Assembly: GCA_963728205.1 (NCBI GenBank)
Contig: CAVSIV010000001.1
Location: forward strand, 960,001 to 1,024,000
DNA: 64,000 nt
Reading direction: 5' to 3'
DNA from: an uncultured Chloroflexia bacterium
GTDB taxonomy: Bacteria > Chloroflexota > Dehalococcoidia > UBA2979
The notes under the pieces are model-generated. The model saw nothing but the letters and a program-made list of their open reading frames with translations. It did not search any database and was not told the origin of the DNA. Made by a program: the position numbers and the translations under genes. Shown in pieces: positions 18,509-26,276 of this stretch (positions within the stretch are counted from its first letter, which is position 1; each line of letters begins with the position of its first letter).

Positions 18509-20662
18509 GTGCCCACCGACGCGATCACATCACGCTCCATGCACGGCAGCCGGATCGAGCCCGGAGCGGAAGCGACGGGATCATCTCCGGGCCGGTTCGC
18601 GCGCCGATCCCGTCGCTCCCGTTCCGGGCTCGATCCGGCTGCCGCGGAGAACGTCGTCGAGGCGTATGCCGAGCGCTTCGCCGCCGGGATGCTCGACCTC
18701 TCGTGTCCCAGCCCGCCGCCCTCGCTCGTGATCGACGCCGCGGCACTGGCGCGGGCCGATCTCGGCTACGCGCCGCCCGGCGGCACCGACGCGCTGCGCG
18801 CGCGGATCGCCGCGCGCTACCGCTCGCTCGGCGCCGAGGACGTGCTCGTGACGAACGGCGCGTCCGAGGCGCTGGCGGCGCTCGCGCTCGTGCTCGGCGG
18901 GGCCGGGCGGCGCGTGGCGGTGCACGCCGGCGCGTTCCCGTCGTTCGCCGAGACGGCGCGGGCGACCGGAACGGAACTGGTGGACGCGGGCGATGCGGGC
19001 GAGGCGAGCGACGCGGCCGTGAGGTGCGACGCCGTGCTCCTCACGAACCCCGTCGTGCCGTCCGGCCGGCGGGTCGACGTCGCGCGCGTCGTGCGCGAGG
19101 CGCTCGCGGCCGGCGCGGTGCCCGTCGTCGACGAGGTGTATCGCGAGCTCGCGCTGGACGGCCGGCCTGCGCCGGCCGCGGCCGACCTCGACGCGCGCGC
19201 GGTCAGCGTGGGCGACCTATCGAAGCCGCTCGGGCTGGGCGGCCTGCGCATCGGCTGGGTCGCGACGCGCGACGCCGGGCTGCGCGCGGGCGTCGCGCGC
19301 TGGCTGCGCCTGCTCGGCGCCGGGCCGTCGGTGCTGTCGCAGGAGGGCGCGCTCGCCGCGTTCGACGGCTTCGACGCGTACGTTGACGACCAGGTGGGGC
19401 GCGCGGCGGCCGCGGCGCCGGCGGTCTATCGCGAGCTCGATCGCGCCGGCTGGCGCTTCGCGCCGGCCGAGGCCGGTCTCACGGTGCTCGCGGCGCCGCC
19501 CGCGCCGATCGACGACGACGCGCTCGACGCGCTTCGTCGCGAGGGCCGCTTCCTGCTGCGTGCCGATTCGTTCGGCGCGCCCGGGGCGTTCCGCGTCGCG
19601 CTGCTCGCCGACCCGCGCGAGCTCCGCCACGCGCTGGCGCGGCTGCGCGAGCTCGCCGCCGGGCCGGCGGCGCGCCGGCGGGGCGGCGCGACGAGGACCG
19701 CTGGGGGCGCGATCGACGGTGAGGTCGCACCAGCAGCACCGGGCGACGGGACGCGGGGCGACGCCGGCGCCGACCCCGTCGCAGTCGACCGCCACCCGGC
19801 GGACGGCGACGCAGGGAACGGCGCCGCGGCCGGCGACGCACTGATTGGCGATGCGGCGAACCGCGACGCGACCCCCGGCCCGGCCGCGCGGGAGGGCGCA
19901 CCGGACATCGCCGCAACGGAAGGCGCCGCCGCGACCTCGGCCGCCGACGCGCTCGTCGTGCTGATGCGCGCGCCGCGGCCCGGCTTCGGCAAGACGCGCC
20001 TCGCGGCCGGCGTCGGCGTCGATGCCGCCGGGCGGCTCGCCCGTGCGTTCGTCGCGGACACGCTCGCGCTCGCGACGGCGGGGCCGTGGCGGCCGCTCGT
20101 CGCGTTCACGCCGCCGGAGGCCGCGGCCGAGGTCGCCGCGCTGGCCCCCGGCGCGACGCTCGCGCCGCAGGTGGACGGCGACCTCGGCGCGCGCATCCGC
20201 GGGGCGCTCGACGCGGCGCTCCGCGCCGCACACGACGGCCCCGCGGTGCTGATCGGCTCCGACACGCCCGACCTCGACCCCGCGCTCGTCGCGCGCGCGT
20301 TCACCGCGCTGCGCGGCGGCGCGGACATCGTGCTCGGCCCCGCCGACGACGGCGGCTTCTATCTCGCGGGGGTGCGTCGCACGCACCCGCGCATGTTCGA
20401 CGGCGTCGAGTGGAGCACCAGGCGCGTCTTCGACCAGGCTCTCGCGGCCGCCGCGCGGCTCGGGTGGTCGCTCGCGGTGCTGCCGCCGTGGGGCGACGTC
20501 GACGACGCGACGTCGCTCGCCGCGCTCGCCGCGCGGCTCGCGGCGTCGTCGCGGGCGCCGGCGACGCGTGACGTGCTCGCCGCGCTGGCGCCGCGGCGCG
20601 GGGCGGCGGCGCGTCCGGACGTGCGCGCTCGCGCCGCGACCGGGCGGAGCGGCCGGCGATGA
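18509..20662 (+). CDS. Fusion: PLP-dependent class I/II aminotransferase + DUF2064/TIGR04282 (CofC-like nucleotidyl/glycosyltransferase fold)
   Basis: N-terminal VTNGASEAL, DEVY, GDLSKPLGLGGLRIGW; C-terminal PRPGFGKTRL, GDLGAR, IGSDTP, LGPADDGGFYL, WST, DVDD. Start is GTG 18509 or ATG 18539. Confidence 0.85.
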   Translation: MPTDAITSRSMHGSRIEPGAEATGSSPGRFARRSRRSRSGLDPAAAENVVEAYAERFAAGMLDLSCPSPPPSLVIDAAALARADLGYAPPGGTDALRARIAARYRSLGAEDVLVTNGASEALAALALVLGGAGRRVAVHAGAFPSFAETARATGTELVDAGDAGEASDAAVRCDAVLLTNPVVPSGRRVDVARVVREALAAGAVPVVDEVYRELALDGRPAPAAADLDARAVSVGDLSKPLGLGGLRIGWVATRDAGLRAGVARWLRLLGAGPSVLSQEGALAAFDGFDAYVDDQVGRAAAAAPAVYRELDRAGWRFAPAEAGLTVLAAPPAPIDDDALDALRREGRFLLRADSFGAPGAFRVALLADPRELRHALARLRELAAGPAARRRGGATRTAGGAIDGEVAPAAPGDGTRGDAGADPVAVDRHPADGDAGNGAAAGDALIGDAANRDATPGPAAREGAPDIAATEGAAATSAADALVVLMRAPRPGFGKTRLAAGVGVDAAGRLARAFVADTLALATAGPWRPLVAFTPPEAAAEVAALAPGATLAPQVDGDLGARIRGALDAALRAAHDGPAVLIGSDTPDLDPALVARAFTALRGGADIVLGPADDGGFYLAGVRRTHPRMFDGVEWSTRRVFDQALAAAARLGWSLAVLPPWGDVDDATSLAALAARLAASSRAPATRDVLAALAPRRGAAARPDVRARAATGRSGRR
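18544..18644. repeat. Palindromic repeat, family B (39-bp arms, 2 mismatches), inside the 5' coding region
   Basis: cggcagccggatcgagcccggagcggaagcgacgggatc...gatcccgtcgctcccgttccgggctcgatccggctgccg. Confidence 0.9.
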
Positions 20663-21933
20663 GCGGCGAGTCGCACGCGGTCCCGCCGTTCTCGAGCACG
20701 CGGCTAACGGCGCATCTCGGGCTGATCCTGTCGGTGATGCTCGCGCTGCTCTTCCTCAGCGGCGCGTTCTTCTTCCTCTACACGTTCAACTTCGACGCGC
20801 CGCCCTGGTTCACCGGCGTGCGCTTCCTCCACTTCTACGTGGGGATCGCGTCGGTGCCGATCCTGATCGCGAAGTACGGCAGCACCGGCTTCCGCTTCGC
20901 CGGCTACTACCTGCGCGTGCCGCGTTTCAGGCGCGCGGGGCCGCCGCCGCTGATCCCGCGCGTGCTCGCGCCGCTGCTGCTCTCCGACTTCTTCGCGCTT
21001 TACTTCAGCGGCGGCTACATGCTGTTCCACTACTACTACACGGTCACGAACATCGGCCCCTTCGAGGGCAAGCCGGTGCAGGTCCACCTGTGGGCGGCGA
21101 TGCTCGGCGTTCCGCTCGTGACGATTCACCTTCTGTGGCACTTCGTCGCCGCCGTGCGCACGCTGCCGCGCCGCCGCCCGGCCGCGGGTGCGACGGGCGC
21201 GACCGGCGCCTCCCCCGCGCTCGCCGCCGACGCCGAGGGCGCGCGCGCGGCGTACACGCGCCGCGCGTTCCTGCTGGGCGTCGGCGGCATCGGGGCCGCG
21301 CTGGCGGTCGCGTTCCAGAACACGCGGCTGCGCAGCGTCGAGTTCGCGCACCTCTTCATCGGGCGCATCCCGCCGGAGGAGCGCGGCGGGCCGGGCGACT
21401 TCCCCGTCGAGGTGCTGTTCGGCAAGGCGCACGTCGACGACGTCGCGGCGTACCGACTGGCCGTCGAGGGCGAGGTCGACGCGCCGTTGAGCCTGTCGTA
21501 CGACGACCTGCTCGCGCTGCCGGCGCACGAGTCGCGCATCCGGCTCAGCTGTGTGAGCGGCTGGACCGAGCACGCGGTGTGGCGCGGGCCGCGCGTGCGC
21601 GACGTGCTCGCGCTGGCGCGGGAGCGGCGCGCGGTCGCGCACTCGGTCGCCTTCCACAGCCTGAGCGGCTACGGCTTCACGTGGCACCGCGAGCGGCTCG
21701 ACGTCGACGACGCGCTGCTGGCGACGCACGTGAACGGCGCGCCGCTGAGCGAGAACCACGGCTTCCCGGCGCGGCTGATCGTGCCCGGCTATCCGGGCCA
21801 GAATATGGTGAAGCAGATCGACCGCATCTTCGTGCGCGGCGACGGCGAGCCGTTCCACCCGGACCTGCGGCTGATCGCGGACGTGCAGGGCGGCGACAGG
21901 GATAGCCCATGCGCCGTCTCGGCGACCGTCTAG
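20659..21933 (+). CDS. Membrane-anchored sulfite-oxidase-family molybdopterin oxidoreductase
   Basis: Four TM helices with His residues, internal TRRAFL, CVSGW Mo-ligand motif, HGFPARLIVPG..G..MVK; ATGA overlap. Confidence 0.85.
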   Translation: MSGESHAVPPFSSTRLTAHLGLILSVMLALLFLSGAFFFLYTFNFDAPPWFTGVRFLHFYVGIASVPILIAKYGSTGFRFAGYYLRVPRFRRAGPPPLIPRVLAPLLLSDFFALYFSGGYMLFHYYYTVTNIGPFEGKPVQVHLWAAMLGVPLVTIHLLWHFVAAVRTLPRRRPAAGATGATGASPALAADAEGARAAYTRRAFLLGVGGIGAALAVAFQNTRLRSVEFAHLFIGRIPPEERGGPGDFPVEVLFGKAHVDDVAAYRLAVEGEVDAPLSLSYDDLLALPAHESRIRLSCVSGWTEHAVWRGPRVRDVLALARERRAVAHSVAFHSLSGYGFTWHRERLDVDDALLATHVNGAPLSENHGFPARLIVPGYPGQNMVKQIDRIFVRGDGEPFHPDLRLIADVQGGDRDSPCAVSATV

Positions 21934-21935
21934 CG

Positions 21936-23399
21936 ATGGCGGCCGTCTCCGTCCGGCACGCTCGCCTCGCGCTCGCACGCGCCGCCATCTCCGAGCGCGC
22001 CGCGGCGGCAGGCGTGGTGGCGCTCACGACCGCGGCGAGCATCGGGTACTGGTGGTTCGTCGCGCTGGTGCGCTGGCAGCGCTTCACGACGAACGCGTTC
22101 GACCTCGGTTTCTTCGACCAGGTCGTGTGGAACACCGCGCACGGGCGGCTCTTCGCGACGACCTTCGTGCCGTACAACTTCGTCGGCGAGCACCTCGAGC
22201 CCGTGCTGCTCGCCTTCGCGGTGCCGTACCGGCTCGGCGTCGGCGGGCCGACGTTCCTCCTCGGGGCGCAGGCGGTGCTGGCCGCGGCGGCGGCCGTGCC
22301 GCTGTTCGCCGCCGCGCGGCGGTTCGGGCTGCGGCCGTGGCTCGCGGCCGCGGTGGCGGTGGCGTACCTCGCAAACCCGTACCTGCATCGCGCGCTGGAG
22401 TTCGACTTCCACCCGGAGACGGCGATCGCGCTGCCGTGCTTCCTCGGGCTGTGCGCGGCCGCCGCGGGGCGGCTGCGCTGGGCGGCGGTCGCGGCGCTCT
22501 CGCTGCTGCTGTTCAAGGAGGACGCGGTGTTCGTCGCGCTCGTGCTGGCGGGCGTGATCTGGTCGCGCGGCGGGCGGCGCGAGGCGGTGGTCGTCGGGGC
22601 GGTGGGGCTCGCGTACACGGCGATCGGCGTGGGGTGGCTGATGCCGCACATGCGGGCCGGGATCCCGAGCGACCTCGCCGAGCGCTACGGCGCGGTGACC
22701 GGCGGGCACGACGGCCTGCGCGCGCTGGCGTGGGCGGCGATGCACCCGTGGGTGCCGGTGGAGCACTTCGTCGCGCACGCCGGATCGGCGGCAGCGTTCG
22801 TGGCGGCGAGCGCGCCGGCGGCGGTGCTGGCGCCGTGGACGCTCGTGGGCATGCTGCCCGGGCTGGCGGTTGCGCTGTTGTCGTCGCACGGGCCGCAGCG
22901 CGGGCTCGAGTACCAGTACGGCGTGGAGCTCGTGCCGGTCGCCCTGCTGGGAGCGCTGCTCGGCGCGCGCGTCGTGGCGCGACGGCTGGGCGACGGCGCG
23001 GCGGCCGCCGCGCTGCTCGTGCCGGTGGCCGCGGGGTTCCTGCTGCTCAGCCCGGCGTCGCCGCTGACGCCGGGGCTCGGCGCGGCGCCGTCGGCGGCGC
23101 ACCGGCAGGCGGTGCGCGACGCGCTGGCGGTCGTGCCGGCCGGCGTGCCGGTCGCCGCGCAGTCCGGGCTCGTGCCGCGCCTCTCGCAGCGGCGGGTGAT
23201 TCGGGAGTTCCCGGGTCACTGGCGGGAGACGGACTACGTGGTGGTCGACCAGTACGGCACGCGCAGCAGCCAGTCGCTCGCCGCCGGTTTCGACGCCGCG
23301 CTCGCCGAGGTGCGGCTGGCGTACGACCGCGTGTACGCGCACGACGGGGTGGAGGTGTTCCGGCGGCCCGGGGCGCGAGACGGGGGAGGCGCGCCGTGA
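21936..23399 (+). CDS. DUF2079 membrane protein (GT-C-like)
   Basis: FDLGFFDQVVWN, GEHLEP, FDFHPE, KED motifs, multiple TMs. Confidence 0.82.
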   Translation: MAAVSVRHARLALARAAISERAAAAGVVALTTAASIGYWWFVALVRWQRFTTNAFDLGFFDQVVWNTAHGRLFATTFVPYNFVGEHLEPVLLAFAVPYRLGVGGPTFLLGAQAVLAAAAAVPLFAAARRFGLRPWLAAAVAVAYLANPYLHRALEFDFHPETAIALPCFLGLCAAAAGRLRWAAVAALSLLLFKEDAVFVALVLAGVIWSRGGRREAVVVGAVGLAYTAIGVGWLMPHMRAGIPSDLAERYGAVTGGHDGLRALAWAAMHPWVPVEHFVAHAGSAAAFVAASAPAAVLAPWTLVGMLPGLAVALLSSHGPQRGLEYQYGVELVPVALLGALLGARVVARRLGDGAAAAALLVPVAAGFLLLSPASPLTPGLGAAPSAAHRQAVRDALAVVPAGVPVAAQSGLVPRLSQRRVIREFPGHWRETDYVVVDQYGTRSSQSLAAGFDAALAEVRLAYDRVYAHDGVEVFRRPGARDGGGAP

Positions 23400-24307
23400 C
23401 GCGGGCGGTGCTGATCATCCCGGCGCTCGACGAGGAGGAGACCATCGGCCCGGTGGTCGCGGAGGCGCGCGCGGTCTTCGACGGCGAGGTGATCGTGGTC
23501 GACAACGGCAGCGTCGACGCGACGGCGCAGGTGGCGGCCGGAGCCGGGGCGCGGGTCGTGTTGCAGCCGGCGCGCGGGTACGGGCGTGCGTGCATCGCGG
23601 GCGCCGCCGCCGCGCCGGCCGACGTCGATGTGCTCGTGTTCATGGACGGCGACGGCAGCGACCGGCCGGGGGACATCCCGCGGCTGCTCGCCGCGATTGC
23701 CGACGGGGCGGACCTGGCGATTGGCGTGCGCCGTGGCGAGGGCGTGGAGCGCGGGGCGATCGCGCCGGCGGCGCGGTTCGGCAACTGGCTGGCGGGCGTG
23801 CTGATCGGGGTGCTGTTCGGCCGGCGGCTGCACGACCTCGCGCCGCTGAAGGCGATCCGCGCGTCGGCGCTGCGACGGCTGCCGCAGCGCGAGGAGACCT
23901 ACGGCTGGACGGTGGAGATGCTCGCGTGCGCGGTCGTCGAGCGGATGCGCGTGGACGAGGTGGAGGTCGGCTACCGGCACCGGGCGGGGGGCGTGTCGAA
24001 GGTGAGCGGGCAGGTGCGGGCGTCGCTGCGCGCGGGCGCGCGCATCCTGGCGGCGCTGGGGCGGGTGGCGCGCGGCGGGCTGGGGGCCGCGCGGGCGGGG
24101 GCCGCGGTGGGTGCGGTGGTCGCGCTCGCGGTGCTGGGGGTGTGCGCGGCGTGGCTGGCGGTGCAGCCGGGGTCGGGTGTGCGCGCGCAGATCGCGCTGT
24201 GGCTCGCGGCGTGGCCGGTGGTGCTGGCGGGGGTCGCAGGCGGCTGGGCCGCGGGGCGTGTCGTGGGGGCGGTCGGGCGGCGCCGCCAGGTCCCGCCCGG
24301 CGCGTGA
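23396..24307 (+). CDS. GT2 glycosyltransferase (polyprenol-phosphate type) with C-terminal TMs
   Basis: IIPALDEE, VVDNGSVD, RGYGRAC, FMDGDGSD, YGWTVEM, SKVSG; GTGA overlap. Confidence 0.9.
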   Translation: MTRAVLIIPALDEEETIGPVVAEARAVFDGEVIVVDNGSVDATAQVAAGAGARVVLQPARGYGRACIAGAAAAPADVDVLVFMDGDGSDRPGDIPRLLAAIADGADLAIGVRRGEGVERGAIAPAARFGNWLAGVLIGVLFGRRLHDLAPLKAIRASALRRLPQREETYGWTVEMLACAVVERMRVDEVEVGYRHRAGGVSKVSGQVRASLRAGARILAALGRVARGGLGAARAGAAVGAVVALAVLGVCAAWLAVQPGSGVRAQIALWLAAWPVVLAGVAGGWAAGRVVGAVGRRRQVPPGA

Positions 24308-24387
24308 CGTTTTCCTCTGCGAGCGCGATCGGCGGCGCGGCACGCTCGCGAGCGGCGGACGGTCGTTCGCCGCGACGGAGGTGTGGC

Positions 24388-25029
24388 ATGGAGCTGGATC
24401 CCGCGTTTGCCGCGGTTCTCACCGGAGTCGATCTCGACGCGCTCGATCGCGACCCGGGCACGATCTTCGGGATCTGGGCCGATGGCCGGCTATCGCTGAC
24501 GAACGCCGCCTGGGAGCGGTTTGCCGCCGACAACGGTGCGCCGTCGTTGCCGCGACGCTGGCCGATCGGCGCGAACGTCTTCGACGCGATCCCCGGGGTG
24601 CTGCTCCCGTACTACCGGGCGGCGTGGGAGGCAGCGCTCCGCGATGCGCGGCCGTGGAGCCACCGCTACGAGTGCTCGTCGCCGTCGCGCTTCCGGGATC
24701 TGCACATGGTCGCGCACCCGGTCGGCGACGCCGGGCTGCTCGTCACGAACGCCCTGGTCGTCGAGCGGCCGCACGACCCGGCCGGGCGGCCCGCCGTGCC
24801 GCCGCTCCCGTCTGAGCATCGGACGGCGCGCGGCGGGGTGGTCCAGTGCGCCGAGTGCCGGCGCGTCCGGGCGGGCGACGCGATGTGGCGCTGGGACTGG
24901 GTGCCGGCCTGGGTGGCCGAGCCGCCGGCCGGCACGCGATCCGGGCTGTGCGAGATCTGCTTCGACCAGTACTACGGATCCGCGAAGGGGGAGGTCCGGC
25001 TTGCGCGGGAGCCGGCGCAGCGCGAGTGA
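24388..25029 (+). CDS. Hypothetical protein, PAS-like N-terminus plus CxxC...CxxC C-terminus
   Basis: NAAWERFAADNG, IGANVFDAI, YECSSP; CAEC...GLCEIC; RBS GGAGG. Confidence 0.7.
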   Translation: MELDPAFAAVLTGVDLDALDRDPGTIFGIWADGRLSLTNAAWERFAADNGAPSLPRRWPIGANVFDAIPGVLLPYYRAAWEAALRDARPWSHRYECSSPSRFRDLHMVAHPVGDAGLLVTNALVVERPHDPAGRPAVPPLPSEHRTARGGVVQCAECRRVRAGDAMWRWDWVPAWVAEPPAGTRSGLCEICFDQYYGSAKGEVRLAREPAQRE

Positions 25030-25046
25030 GCGGGAGGGAGCGGGAC

Positions 25047-25120
<74 letters not shown>

Positions 25121-25145
25121 CGGGTGCGGCGCCGGGCGAGGGGGA

Positions 25146-25220
25146 TGGAGCGGAAGACGAGGGTCGAACTCGCGACCTCCTCCTTGGCAAGGAGGCGCTC
25201 TACCACTGAGCTACTTCCGC
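25146..25220 (-). tRNA. tRNA-Gly(GCC)
   Basis: GCGGAAGTAGCTCAGTGGTAGAGC, TT-GCC-AA loop, TCCA end. Confidence 0.96.
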
Positions 25221-25254
25221 GTCGCAACCATCCATCCGGCGTCCCAGAGGTGAG

Positions 25255-25341
25255 TGGTGCCCAGGATGAGATTTGAACTCATACGCCCTTTCGGGCACTG
25301 CCCCCTCAAGACAGCGTGTCTGCCGATTCCACCACCTGGGC
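25255..25341 (-). tRNA. tRNA-Leu(GAG)
   Basis: GCCCAGG acceptor, TT-GAG-GG loop, long variable arm, ACCA end. Confidence 0.95.
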
Positions 25342-25355
25342 CCCGAGTGACCGCC

Positions 25356-25432
25356 TGGCAGGAGTGGAGGGATTCGAACCCCCGGCCTGCGGTTTTGGAG
25401 ACCGCTGCTCTAACCAGCTGAGCTACACTCCT
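25356..25432 (-). tRNA. tRNA-Trp(CCA)
   Basis: AGGAGTGTAGCTCAG, GCGGT-CT-CCA-AA-ACCGC, GCCA end. Confidence 0.96.
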
Positions 25433-25497
25433 ACAGCGGTCGCTCAGTTTAGCAACGAGTCCGGTCTTCGGAAAACCCGCGGTGCCCGGCACGCGGG

Positions 25498-26226
25498 TTA
25501 TTTCGTCTGTGCTGACAGCGCTTCGTGGATGCGCGGCGGGAAGTTGCCGCAGATTCCGTCCACGCCGGCCGCGATCACGCGCCCGATGTCGTCCGGCTCG
25601 TCGACCGTCCACGAGAACACGCGCAGGGCGCGGGCGTGCGCGCCCTCCACGAGCGCTGGCTCGATCAGCGAGTGGTGCAGGCTGACGGCGGCCAGTCCCT
25701 CGCTCTCCGCAAACTCGACGGCCGACGCGTAGCCGTGCTGCTCCGCGGACCCGGGGCCGCTGTTGAGCGCGACCGGGACGGTGGGGAGCGCGCGACGGTG
25801 CGCGACGGCGACCGCGGGGTCGAACGCCCAGATCCAGCACCACGACTCCGCGCCGGCGTCGCGCACGGCGCGGGCGACGGCGTCTTCGATGTCCGACGCC
25901 TTCACCTCGATGGCGAGCAGGCACCGGCCGGCGATGTGCGCGAGCACCTCGGGGAGCGTGGGGACGGGCTCCGGCGTGGGGTGGTCGTGGATGGGCTGCA
26001 CGCGCACGGCGCGGAGCTCGTCGAGGGTGACATCGGCGACGGCGCGCGGGTCGCCGGTGGTGCGTCGGAGCGAGGCGTCGTGCAGCAGCACGACGTGGCC
26101 GTCGCGCGTCGCGCGGACGTCGATCTCCACGCCGTCGACGCCATCGCGCCGGGCGGCGTCGATACCGGTGAGGGTGTTCTCGGGCATCGTGCCCATGTTC
26201 GTGCGGTGGGAGATGACGAGGGTCAC
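25498..26226 (-). CDS. Glycerophosphodiester phosphodiesterase
   Basis: ISHR, PENT, GVEIDVRATRDG..VLLHD, IEVK, WTVD, GVDGI; probable GTG start at 26226. Confidence 0.9.
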   Translation of the reverse strand: MTLVISHRTNMGTMPENTLTGIDAARRDGVDGVEIDVRATRDGHVVLLHDASLRRTTGDPRAVADVTLDELRAVRVQPIHDHPTPEPVPTLPEVLAHIAGRCLLAIEVKASDIEDAVARAVRDAGAESWCWIWAFDPAVAVAHRRALPTVPVALNSGPGSAEQHGYASAVEFAESEGLAAVSLHHSLIEPALVEGAHARALRVFSWTVDEPDDIGRVIAAGVDGICGNFPPRIHEALSAQTK

Positions 26227-26276
26227 TGAGAACCTCTCAAGCTCGGTTACCTCCCCGCGACTCGGCGGCCAAAATC

